From positions 1,915,713-1,979,712 of the forward strand of contig CAJFCJ010000004.1 in the NCBI GenBank assembly GCA_904063045.1: a stretch of 64,000 bases of DNA. The letters run 5' to 3'. The notes beneath the pieces are model-generated. The model searched no databases. It was not told where the DNA came from and saw nothing but the letters and a program-made list of their open reading frames with translations. Source of the stretch: Dimorphilus gyrociliatus. Its lineage: Eukaryota; Animalia; Annelida. Both the position numbers and the translations under genes were made by a program. Positions 26,036 through 38,486 of this stretch are shown piece by piece (the stretch's first letter is position 1; each line of letters opens with the position of its first letter).

Positions 26036-29000
26036 CTATTTACCCACATTATGTGGCCAATCACAAACGTTGATTGCTGGATTAAAAACTGTACCAGGCC
26101 CACAGCTCATTACAAAACATCTTGGAGGGATGTGAGGAGGATTACCAGGTGCACATTGACAAAACTTAGCTGCTTCAACATGCTCATGGTAAAACTTGCC
26201 ATTAGATATATTTTCAGGAGTACAAGGATTAACAGCAGCACAATCACACTTTCCACCTAAAAAAGAAAAAATCAAACTGTTCCACAACACACCATAAAAG
26301 TCAACACTTACTCTCTTCACATGTAGGTCCAGTATGAGTTGGTGGACATAAGCATTCGAATTCGTTTCCTTGATTAATACAAGTTCCGCCGTTTGCACAT
26401 GGACTGGAATCACAGGGCTTCACTTCTGTAAAATATAAAACAAAGGTTGCACATTTGAATATCTTAGTTAAAGGATTTACCTTCAGTACATTGTGGACCG
26501 GTGTGTGTTGGTGGACATAAACATTGGAATTCGTTTCCTTGATTAATACAAGTTCCTCCATTTGCACATGGGTTGGAATCACATGGTTTTACTTCTGCAA
26601 ATTGACAAAAGCATTATATAATGCAGAAAAAATAAATCATACAGTACCTTCAGTACATTGAGGTCCAGTGTGTGTCGGTGGACATAAACATTCGAATTCG
26701 TTTCCCTGATTAATACAGGTTCCTCCATTTGCACATGGATTCGAATCACATGGCTTTACTTCTGCAAATTGAAAAAAAGAGAATGATGTTTATCAAAGAT
26801 GGGGCTAATAAATTTACCTTCTGTGCATTGTGGTCCAGTGTGTGTTGGTGGACATAAACATTGGAATTCGTTTCCTTGATTAATACAGGTTCCTCCATTT
26901 GCACAAGGATTGGAATCACATGGTTTGACTTCTACAAATTGACAAAAGCATCATAAAATGTAGAAAAAAATATCGTACTGTACCTTCAGTACATTGAGGT
27001 CCGGTGTGTGAAGGTGGACATAAACATTCAAATTCGTTTCCTTGGTTGATACACGTTCCTCCATTTGCACATGGACTGGAATCACAAGGCTTAACCTCTG
27101 CACAGTGAAAAATAGTTGTTTAAAATGTAGGTTTTAAAGACCAGTAGCATACCTTCGGTACACTGTGGACCGGTATGTGTTGGTGGGCATAAACATTCGA
27201 ATTCATTTCCTTGATTAATACAGGTTCCTCCATTTGCACAAGGATTGGAGTCACATGGTTTTACTTCTGCAAATTGAAAAAGAGAGAATGATATTTGTCA
27301 AAGAAGGAGCTAATGAATTTACCTTCTGTGCATTGTGGTCCGGTGTGTGTTGGTGGACATAAACACTCGAATTCGTTTCCTTGGTTAATACAAGTTCCTC
27401 CATTTGCACATGGACTGGAATCACAAGGCTTAACCTCTGCAATTTGACAATAGTATTATATAATGAAGAAAAAAAATATCGTACTGTACCTTCTGTACAC
27501 TGAGGCCCGGTGTGTGTTGGTGGACATAAACATTGGAATTCGTTTCCTTGATTAATACAGGTTCCTCCATTTGCACATGGACTGGAATCACAAGGCTTAA
27601 CCTCTGCACAGTGAAAAATAGTTGTTTAAAATATAGGTTATAAAGACCAGTAGCATACCTTCAGTACACTGTGGACCGGTATGTGTTGGTGGACATAAAC
27701 ATTGGAATTCGTTTCCTTGGTTAATACAAGTTCCTCCATTTGCACATGGACTGGAATCACAAGGCTTAACCTCTGCACAGTGAAAAATAGTTATTTAAAA
27801 TACAGGTTATAAAGACCAGTAGCATACCTTCAGTACACTGTGGACCAGTATGTGTTGGTGGACATAAACATTCGAATTCGTTTCCCTGATTAATACAGGT
27901 TCCTCCATTTGCACAAGGACTGGAGTCACATGGTTTTACTTCTGCAAATTGAAAAAGAGGGAATGATATTTATCAAAGAAGGGGTAATGAATTTACCTTC
28001 TGTGCATTGTGGTCCGGTGTGTGTTGGTGGACATAAACACTCGAATTCGTTTCCTTGGTTAATACAAGTTCCTCCATTTGCACATGGACTGGAATCACAT
28101 GGCTTAACCTCTGCACATTGAAAAATAGTTGTTTAAAATATAGGTTATAAAGACCAGTAGCATACCTTCAGTACACTGTGGACCGGTATGTGTTGGTGGA
28201 CATAAACATTCGAATTCGTTTCCTTGATTAATACAGGTTCCTCCATTTGCACATGGACTGGAATCACAAGGCTTAACCTCTGCACAGTGAAAAATAGTTG
28301 TTTAAAATATAGGTTATAAAGACCAGTAGCATACCTTCAGTACACTGTGGACCGGTATGTGTTGGTGGACATAAACATTGGAATTCGTTTCCTTGGTTAA
28401 TACAAGTTCCTCCATTTGCACATGGGTTAGAATCACAAGGCTTAACCTCTGTACATTGAAAAATAGTTATTTAAAATACAGGTTATAAAGACCAGTAGCA
28501 TACCTTCAGTACACTGTGGACCGGTATGTGTTGGTGGACATAAACATTCGAATTCGTTTCCTTGATTAATACAGGTTCCTCCATTTGCACATGGACTGGA
28601 ATCACAAGGCTTAACCTCTGCACAGTGAAATATAGTTGTTTAAAATATAGGTTATAAAGACCAGTAGCATACCGTCAGTACACTGTGGACCGGTATGTGT
28701 TGGTGGACATAAACATTCGAATTCGTTTCCTTGATTAATACAGGTTCCTCCATTTGCACAAGGATCCGAATCACATGGTTTTACTTCTGCAAATTGAAAA
28801 AGAGGGAATGATATTTATCAAAGAAGGGGCTAATGAATTTACCTTCTGTGCATTGTGGTCCGGTGTGTGTTGGTGGACATAAACATTCGAATTCGTTTCC
28901 TTGATTGACACAGGTTCCTCCATTTGCACATGGGTTGGAGTCACATGGTTTTACTTCTATTAAATTAAAAAATAACCTTTTTTGACGGAAGATAAGAAAA

Positions 29001-32000
29001 ATTAGCGATTTACCTTCTGTACATTGTGGCCCAGTGTGTGAAGGTGGACATAAACATTGGAATTCGTTTCCTTGATTAATACAAGTTCCTCCATTTGCAC
29101 ATGGACTGGAATCACATGGTTTTACTTCTGCAAATTGACAATAGCATTATATAATGCAGATAAAAGATATCGTATTGTACCTTCAGTACATTGAGGTCCA
29201 GTGTGTGTCGGTGGACATAAACATTGGAATTCGTTTCCTTGATTAATACATGTTCCTCCATTTGCACATGGATTCGAATCACATGGTTTTACTTCTGCAA
29301 ATTGAAAAAGAGAGATTGATACTTATCAAGGATGGGGTAATAAATTTACCTTCTGTACATTGTGGTCCAGTGTGTGTTGGTGGACATAAACATTGAAATT
29401 CGTTTCCTTGATTAATACAGGTTCCTCCATTCGCACATGGGTTGGAATCGCATGGTTTTATTTCTGGAAAAGTGAAATATTTTTAAATGTATCAATTTGA
29501 TTTCTTTTTATCTTACCGTTTTCGCAGTTTAGACCATTAAAATTGGGGAGACAAGTGCATACATAGTGGTCTGTTCCATCAGGTGTGCAAGTACCCCCGT
29601 TTTGACAAGGGGTCGATTCACAAGCGTCGGTTTCACCAGGAATTATATCAATTATAATACCTCCTACGTTTTGAGTACCAGCTTTCAAATTACAGAATAT
29701 TTTACCACTCAATAAATGTGCATCATGTCGTGGAACGTATAAAACGGCTGGTGATCCTGGTTGTACAGTAACTGAGTCTTTGTAATATGCTCGATTAGGA
29801 AATATATCTTTTGCTGTAGTGTATACAACTGAGCCAGATTGAACAGAGATCTAAATACATTAGAAGTTTAGTGAAATATATGTAAAAAGTTAAAGGTTTA
29901 CCCTTATTCTGGCTCCCTTTGAAGGTATTTCAACTTTGCAGTTTTGGGACTCTTTGGCAGGTAAGTTAGGAATTTGTGTTTTTCCTTTTTTGAATGTTAC
30001 AGGTGCTGAATGTTGAAAAATGTTTATAGTAATTCAGTGATAAATTTTCGATTAAAAAAATTTACAATTGCAAATGGACTTAGTGATTGAGCTATCAGCA
30101 AGTGCTAGTTCGTGAAGGTCTTTCATAAGATGCTTATAGCTGCAAGTGGGTCTAGATGCAACTGCTATTAACTCTGCCACATCGTATAGCTTTTTAGCTC
30201 CAACGGCTATCAATGTTATATCAGCTCTATGGGCTCTTGGTGCGGCTAAGAAAGTCTTCCAAGGATACTTCGATTTACCGGCAGTTAAGATAATAGCCAC
30301 TCGAGGGTTAATTGCCTTATTTCTAGCTCCTTTATCAGATCTGTTTATTTAATATGTTTTTTCAATTAATTAGCTAGTCTTCTTTTCGTATTGTGTAAAT
30401 TACCTAAACATGTCGTCCACGATCGAGTGTAGACCGGCATACAAATTTCTATATCCTTTAATAGGATGGATGGACCTAATATGATCAATAACTTCGGCTT
30501 TTGTTGTGTATGAGTTCAAATAGAATTCTGGGTGAGCCCAAGTAGAAAATTGCAATAAACCGACTCTGGTGTTTTCAGAGCCAATATTAAGGTTTTCAAC
30601 GACTTCTTCTGCAAAAGTTAATGAATTGAGGAAGTATTTATCGCTTATAGTTCCATCTAGAACGAAAACGACATCCAACGCTTTGTTGTTGCAAGCTATT
30701 AAAAAAATGATCAATTTAGTGAGATAGAATATTCTCTCTTGGTCTTTCTACAAACATGGTTCGATCTTGGCCGCTTGAGTTGCAAAGTAGTATGGTATTC
30801 CAGCAATTCTATAGTATCGATGCCAATAGTAGGCCTGACCGTCAATGTCTCTGGGTATTTCTTTATTGACACCGGAGAGGATAATTGCTGCAGCAATACC
30901 AGAATATAAAGGTTTGTCCAAATCTCTAAACGTAACGGTCATCCATGGAATATGAAAATTCGCAAGGATAGCAGCTCTCAAAGCTAAATTCTTTTCAATA
31001 ATTTTGAAAGTATTGTGATAACCAATTAGTCCAACCTGTTTTTTTATAAATATTGATGTATTAATATACGGTACTATAAAGAGTATTAATAAAACAAAGG
31101 ATAGACGACAGATGGCGTATAAAGTTTTGCTTATAACCTAGATAATGTAAGTTGACTATCGTCCCATCGTACGATAGATAATACAATTTTAATTATTGAT
31201 TAAACCTTGAAAATATGAGATGTTTATGCAATAAAATGTAATAAATACTTAAAAATCGAAAGAGCTAAATTGAAAAAATGATAGAAAGTGCTAATCCGAA
31301 TAAAGGATAGATAGAGTAAAGAGGCAAAAGTATTTAAGTGTTTTTTTTTTTTTTTCACGGTGTTGTTAAAATAAACAATGAAAAAAACAAACCAGATATC
31401 AAATTATTGTTAAAAGTTTACTCTTTGCTTTTTCTTTCCAGATTTGTCTATTAAGTCTTTTAGTGATTATTTACTCGAGTCACTTTGCTTTACTTATAGA
31501 TAATTTATGTTTTTCACTAAAGAATAGTAAATAAAATATCAGTTAAATATTTCCCTTTTACCATTTTGGATTTCCTTGTAAATGATGTATTCAAATTTTT
31601 ATTGACAATAGTCATTTTTATAAAAATAGACTAGTTATAATGTTATGTTAATATCTAATTCGTTGTTGTTATTATTGATATTTTACTAGGAAATAGCTTG
31701 AAGCTTATAGCTAGCTCTCTGTTCGACAATAAATAGATTATTGTAGCATAAGTGCTTTAGTTATATTATTAATAATTAGTAATAAAATTTTTTCCCAATT
31801 ATAAAAAAGGTGTAAAAGAGAAGATAGATAAAAAATATCATAATTTCATTATTTTAAAGATGTCTAAGCTGATCTAAGACTGTCAAATTCACTTTTTATG
31901 GGTTTTTAATGAACTATTTTGTTCTCTTTTCCATTTCATTCGTCGATTTTGATACCATGTTTTTACCTATAAACATAGCTTGATTATTATTTTAGGCTAT

Positions 32001-33147
32001 TATTTTAATATATTCGTATTTACTTGAATTTGAGAAAGACCAAGGCGCTCTGAGAGGACAATTCTTTCGCTATTTGATAAGTAGCGGCTAGTTTCAAATG
32101 CTTTTTCCAAACCTAATATCTGTTGTAATATTATCTCCAAATGTACGAATCTATAATTCATAAAGAGATATTTTACCTGTAACTCTGTAAAAACAGTCCT
32201 GGATCTTCGACACTTTTTTAAATCCTCTATCTGATAACTTTTTGATCCAAAGTATACTGGTAATGGAACCGGAATTACAAAAGGATTAAAGGTTTTTATC
32301 GGGCTAAGTTCCGTTTTAAGCTTGAGTTTATATTCATTAGATGAGTATGAACCATGATGATTAGAATCTGATGGTATTGGTAGACGAATATTGTCAAATG
32401 ATTCGATAGAAGAACTTTTCCACATTTTCTTATTGTTTTCACTATTGACATCCATTTGTTCCTTTGTTTCTTCCACATTAGCATCTCTTAAAATATCATC
32501 GATTCTAAATGATTTTTTCATCCTACACAACCTCTCTTTCCGATAGTAATTGGAAAAATAAAAATGTACGAGTTTCTAAACTACGAAATTGTTTATAAAA
32601 CGGCGTTAAATAAACCCTAATTAGAGGCTAATCAAAACATTTTAAAAGACATCAAACAGCGCCGATTATTTACGGTCGAATTGATTTCAAGCTGAGATTG
32701 TTAATTGGATAGCCGTGTGCTTCTTTTTTAAATAGGGTTATTTTTCAAGAGGATATATTCATTAATAAATAATTATCTTTTTACTCGTTTGTTTACGAAC
32801 ACCAAAGAAAGAAAAGAAGCATACACGTGTCCTTTATAGGGAACATTATACTAAATTTTCTACTAACAAAGGTCGTCTTGTCAAAATAATTAATAATGCT
32901 AAAAACTTACTTTCCATATGCCTCCTCTGGGCACGAGAAACCTCAAATTGTTACCATCTTTCGATTCAACGTAAGCTAATCTTCTCAAGAAGAGTTTAAA
33001 GTCGGGAAATATACAAGAGGCGTCTATTTTGGCTACAACTGCTTCGACAACTTCCGCTCCCTTTGCCTTAGGAGTATATATAAGATGTTCATCGGCAACA
33101 ATAGCTACCGGTATAAAGCTTATTGCTAAAAACAAAATCAACTTCAT
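26036..33147 (-). CDS. Secreted modular protein: signal peptide, lysozyme/lytic-transglycosylase-like domain, VWA, beta-rich domain, 20 EGF repeats, CBM14 (peritrophin-A) chitin-binding domain
   Basis: Signal [18 protein letters not shown] (ATG 33147). Exon 1 ends GGIWK (phase 0) and continues VGLIGY at 31035. VWA has [13 protein letters not shown] and TRVGLLQFS. 19 single-EGF exons plus one EGF in the preceding exon. Terminal KFCQC...[22 protein letters not shown] then stop at 26036-26038. Confidence 0.85.
26312..29463 (-). repeat. Tandem array of 19 near-identical exon+intron units (about 167-170 nt; 114-nt phase 1-1 EGF exon)
   Basis: Consensus peptide [38 protein letters not shown], counted 19 times. 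Units are separated by GT-AG introns of about 53-56 nt that fall into a few sequence families. Confidence 0.97.
31914..32521 (-). CDS. Barx: Barx-like homeobox transcription factor (three exons), nested in intron 1 of the EGF/VWA gene
   Basis: N-terminal eh1 motif SFRIDDIL. The homeodomain [12 protein letters not shown]|[32 protein letters not shown]|[17 protein letters not shown] has the Barx-diagnostic [11 protein letters not shown] and [17 protein letters not shown] at 31914-31916. Confidence 0.85.
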
Positions 33148-33857
33148 GCCACCAGTTAAAGGTGTCAAGACCGACTGAAGAAATCAGGCTGGACGACCAC
33201 AAAAGTAATCATGATAAGAAGAGTAAGCGATTAAACTTGAGTTAACAAGATAAGAAATTTATGCGTGGGTTACGACTCATTGGAATGTTATATAACTTTA
33301 TTGCTAATCAAAATTATCATTTGAGAGTCGTTTTTATGATAAAGTAGATAGCTTATGAAGCAAAATTCTTTACAATTTTTAGTAAGCCTATATTTAATCT
33401 ATTTTATATTTCAAATTCATACAATAAATAATATAGTTACATAATTTGTCATAAAATTGATATTTAACCGCTTATACATTAATGTTTTAATAGGGTCTTA
33501 TAAAATGTTAACGTCCTCAATGTTGAACTGACACTCACAATTAATACAATTTAACAATTTATAGGCTGTTGAACGAATATCAATTCGTTTTATGCCATTT
33601 ACATGAATTTAACCATAAGTAAAATATGAAAACATATGGCAATCAAGAAATATTTAATATTCATTATTCAATTTGCCTGAATAGTGTCTAATTAAAAACT
33701 GAAAACTTAAAAGCATAGTCATTATAAGACGCTTTTATGATGCGTTGAAATATTAATCAACTTAAAACATTACTTAAGTTTATGAATAATTAAGGGAAAA
33801 GGCAGCAACACATTGCATTTTCATTTTAATATCGTAAGGATAGGAGGAAGAGGCAAT

Positions 33858-35556
33858 ATGGTAGACAACCCTAACTTTCGAGTGAGAGAAGCATTCGCTG
33901 AAGATCGTTTAGAATCAAATATAAAAAGTTCAGGTATAAAGAAAATTGAAGGATGCTCGGGATGCAAGAAATGCGTATCTTTTGTTTGTTGTCACAAGAA
34001 CGAAATATTGTGCAATAATAAGGAGGCATTAATCTCAAAAAATTTTTCCTTCCTATTAAACCTTTCACAAATTGGAGGTTTATACTTTCCTGGTATCTAC
34101 GTTCGAGATAGCAAAGATAAAATCAAGCTTAAATGGACACTGTCAAGGATTTATTGTTATACTATATCCGCAATTATATTCTTGTGTTGCTTCAAAGTAT
34201 GGTTACTTTTTGGATTGATTGATGGTAATTTCAATATATATCAAATTATGACCATCCTAACTATATCATGGTATACATTGATTGTTACGGAAAATATAAG
34301 TATAGTTAGGGGATTTACGTTGTATAGAGGATTTTCCAAATTTTGTTATGTTTGGAAAGAAATATTTGATAACAGTGCAGAATGTCCACATTATCTAAAA
34401 GAGTTTCAAAATATTAAACGTATGGATAAAATTATAACAGTAATCTGTATCTTAGGATTCGTTATAAATACATGTTTCGTGGGTTATCAAACATATTTAA
34501 CAAATTCAATGGATATGTTAGCGTATCCTTTTAAAGTATCCAATTTATCGAAATCATTAACCTTCACTATAGTATTTTTTGGTGGAATTTCCTGGGTTAT
34601 ACCAATTGGATTCCATTTTATTATTTGTTATATTGTTTACAAGTCATTTGTTATAATAAATGAACAAACGAAAGATTCAATCAAACATGAGTTAGCTGAA
34701 AACTTTGCCACAACATTGGAAGTACTTAGGCAAAGGTACGAGAAATGTTGTGATCTCGTTGAAGCAGCCGACTCGATGATCTGTTTATTGAATGCAACTA
34801 GTTTTGTATCTAACATTTTAAACTCGTGTATAACGTTATACATTATGATTTACGACAAAACTGTTATATCAACGAGTACTATAGCAAGACTCGGTTTATA
34901 CTTCTGGCTAATTACAGCTTTGGGAACACTAATAATTATGTCAGTATCAGCAGCAATTGTTCATGAATCCGTAAGTTTTTAATCAGATAAAGTCAATTTT
35001 TACAATTCAATTTTATTATACTTGAAATATTTTCTTTTAACATAATTACGAAATAACAAAAATATAAAATAACCTTCTATTGACCTTAATATCTGGTTGT
35101 CATATCTCTGTTTTTTTGCGTCGTCTTCATTTAAAAAACAAGGCTCACGAATTGACATTTATATTAAGAGATATCAACTTGAATAAACTTGATATTCAAT
35201 CCCATATGAATGTAAGTTATCAGTGTTTTATTATAATACTGAAAAAGAAAAGCCTTAATATTAAAAATCAACATTCTTTTCAACAGTTATCTTTCTTTAT
35301 GCATAAATTAAATGGAACAAAGATTGGACTGACGGCTTTTAAACTATTCATTATAGATAAAGAAACGATAATGACGGTAAGTTCAAAGAAAAACTGCTTT
35401 TATAGAAAACTTAAGGATAATTTGTATACAATAATATTTTCTCTATTGATTTAGATATTTGGCGCGATGATGACATATTTTGTTGTTTTAATTCAATTTA
35501 AACCAACTACTACAAAAACATGTGTATTTAACGGCACATCAATACTAATTAATTAG
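33858..35556 (+). CDS. Gustatory-receptor-like (GRL, 7tm_7 superfamily) chemoreceptor, 457 aa
   Basis: Exons 33858-34970, 35143-35211, 35287-35376 and 35455-35556, with multiple TM segments. C-terminal signature TYFVVLIQF (TY-x5-QF) preceded by KIGLTAFKLFIIDK. Three phase-0 introns near the 3' end, as is typical of the GR superfamily. Confidence 0.9.
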
Positions 35557-35809
35557 TTTCTTCTTTTACTCTTTTCTTAACTTTTATTGAAGCCAATAAA
35601 AGAAAATTTAATAAAAAAAATAAATAAATAAGAGGGAGAATTACAATTGTTATTGATATTATTGTTTACGAGCTCAGTTTCTTGTACTATAATTCTATAG
35701 ATAAGTTAAAAACATTGAGAAACAGTTAAAGGAATAATGGTTGTACTCAGAATAGAAGGAGTAGATTTTGTGAGGGACAACAAACTATAGCACCTTTCTT
35801 TATCGACTT

Positions 35810-37930
35810 TCAACTTGGTCTTGGAAATGTAAGGCTAAGAGAAGCTATGATTAGGACAAAGTATAATATAAAAAAGAATCTGTCCAGCATAGTAGCTATC
35901 CTCTGCCAAGCTTTCTTAGCTTCCTGTGTCATATTATTGGCTATAATTTTTTCACTTTCTTTTGATTCCATTTGCGCCAGCATCCTTTTTAAGTCTGCTA
36001 TTTGTTTTTCAAAATCGGACAGATGTCGCTTTGAATCGCATGTATACATTCTTCTTTCGCTATATGATCCATGTAATTCAAAAGTACTATCTATCGATTC
36101 CAATTCTATTTCGACGTTCTCATCACAGATTTCAGTATTTCTCTCTTTCCTATAGCGTCGCTTGTCCAATTTATGTTTTTTGCACAATAAGCAAACTATA
36201 CAATTTAAGCTAATCTACAATAAAGAAAAAAATGAAACATTTTATCATCTTTTGCAATCAAAATAAAGATTATATAGAGAGGAAATACTTAATTAACTTC
36301 TATAAAGTCTACATAAAACTTTGCAGTAAGTCTAATAGAATTAATATTGTTTAACTTACCGCATTTAGCCACTTTGGTGGCTTTTTACCATCGGCTCCAC
36401 CTCTATAAATGTTTACAACTAGAGAAGATAGAACAATGGCCAACATGATTATAACAACATTAAAGCAATAGTATAAGCCTATTAGTAAGATAAATATCAT
36501 TAGTTGGACAGTTATAAATAAATTAAGCGGAGTAAAGTATACCCAATTTAGGAATAGAACCAGCAGTCGGGGGAGCAGCCTCCACTAAAATGAGCAACAA
36601 AACCATAAAACTTGCAAATATACTCATCGCTGTAAGGTAATTTTCAATTATTAATTTGATATAACTTTGAGAAAATATTAGTTTAGTAAAAATTAATAAC
36701 CTAACGAAGTTCTATCAGGTCTATCAGGAGGAAGCCAAAAGACAACTAATGTTAAACATGCCAAAAAGATGCATGGAAGTGTTAATATATAGGTAGAAAA
36801 GACTATTCGTCTTTTCATGTTTAAATAGAAAACTACAATGGAAAATTTTTTTGTTTTCTCATTTCCTTTAACCTCTTTTTCTGCGTGAACTTCGTAAATA
36901 TCCCATACTGAGCCTTCCTTAAAGTCTGACTGATAAGTACTAAGATCAATACCCTCTTTAGTCATCATTTTCAAATCTATTTGATCATTTGTATAAGTCC
37001 AAGATCCAAACCACATATGGCAACTCTGATTGTCAAAAGGGAAATTGGTGACATCAACACTACAGGATGACTTGAAAACTGTATGTGGATACCACATAAC
37101 TCTACCATTATAGTTAATAACTGCCAAAGCATCTCTAGCAACAGTTTCAACACTTGCTCTAGTGACAAAGTAAATCACAAATTGAAAAGTAAATATTCGC
37201 AAGTAAGCTACTTACGTATTATATAGCATAATATCAGGTATCCATATTAAGTCGGCCGATAATCGAATAGTAATTATTCCATCATAATCCTTTGGATCCC
37301 ATCTTAAATATTCATCTTTCCAAGCCTTTAATATTTTAAATATGGCTCATTGATAATATTATCACTGTTAGTGTCTAAAAGAATGTAGTTAAAACTTACG
37401 TATCTTGTCCACATGCTCATTGTAAGAATTTTATCCTTTTCATTTAAATCCATCTGAATTAATCCTAAAGAAAAAAGAACGACGGAAACTGTTGACATAT
37501 TTCTGACGGGTCTTCCCAATTTACCATATTTGTTATATTCGCTAAGAAGATTTGAAAGCAATCTTTTCTCAGCCGAGATGTGAGAACTAGTTAAATATAA
37601 TTTATACAATTTATTTTCTAGTAAATGAGAGATTAATGTTTTTTCTTTAACATTTATTCAACTGTAGCGATAAAAGCGTTTACTATATAATAATATACTA
37701 AACATTTAAAAATTGATTTATAGTTATAGGTATAGTTCGAAATAGAGCTAATACCGCAATAAATATATTGATGTATATATATATATATATATATGTATAA
37801 ATAGATAAATCGTTTCCCACCTATTCATGATATTTTCCATCTGAGCGGTTTCGCTTAAGTAAAAGACATGTAGATAGTTTACAAAGAGAAGATATACACT
37901 TAAAAACTCTGAAAACTTAGTGAGAGTCAT
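35810..37930 (-). CDS. Atypical nicotinic acetylcholine receptor-like Cys-loop subunit 1 (non-alpha); first exon tentative
   Basis: WIPDIMLYN, Cys-loop [22 protein letters not shown]1 [21 protein letters not shown]2 [22 protein letters not shown]4 [13 protein letters not shown]. No vicinal Cys in loop C. Confidence 0.92.
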
Positions 37931-38486
37931 TCTATAAGACAAAAACAATATAATAGTTTACTGTATAATGCTGCTATCTCCACTGATGTTGATAGTTTAT
38001 TTTACCCGATACTACACTAGAGGGGGTTGTATTTTATAATTAATAACTATTTTTATGAAGATTTTTTTAAATATATCACTTTTTCTCAATTAATTATTTT
38101 GTTTTGAATGAAAAGTGAAAAAACTAATATATGAACAATTGAATTATTTAATTAATTAAAGAAAAAATATGGAAAATATTGACAAAAAACGCACACAAAG
38201 TAGAAACAAAGTAACAATCACGAATTATAATTGAAAAAATACTATACTATAAACGTTTATTGTACACATTTATGCGGTTTGGGTATGCAAAATAGTATTC
38301 TTATTTATCGATTGATGATAATTTATCTATTCAATTGAATTTAAAATTTATATCAATTCAAGAATAATACAAAACAAGGCGCCAATATGCCGTGTATATA
38401 CAATATATATATATTTTTATATATCTTCTTTTTATGTATATAAAGTCAAAATTTTAAAAAAGAGTAACAAAATGACAATATAGATA

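Noticed and set aside
26312-29463. Regular repeat-spacer array superficially like CRISPR
   Set aside because: The repeats are 114-nt in-frame EGF exons, and the 'spacers' are GT-AG introns that are themselves repeated. The context is eukaryotic with no cas genes.
26036-29712. Notch, fibropellin or crumbs identity for the EGF protein
   Set aside because: There are no LNR, TM, ankyrin, CUB, avidin or laminin-G segments; the protein ends in a CBM14 domain and starts with unrelated domains.
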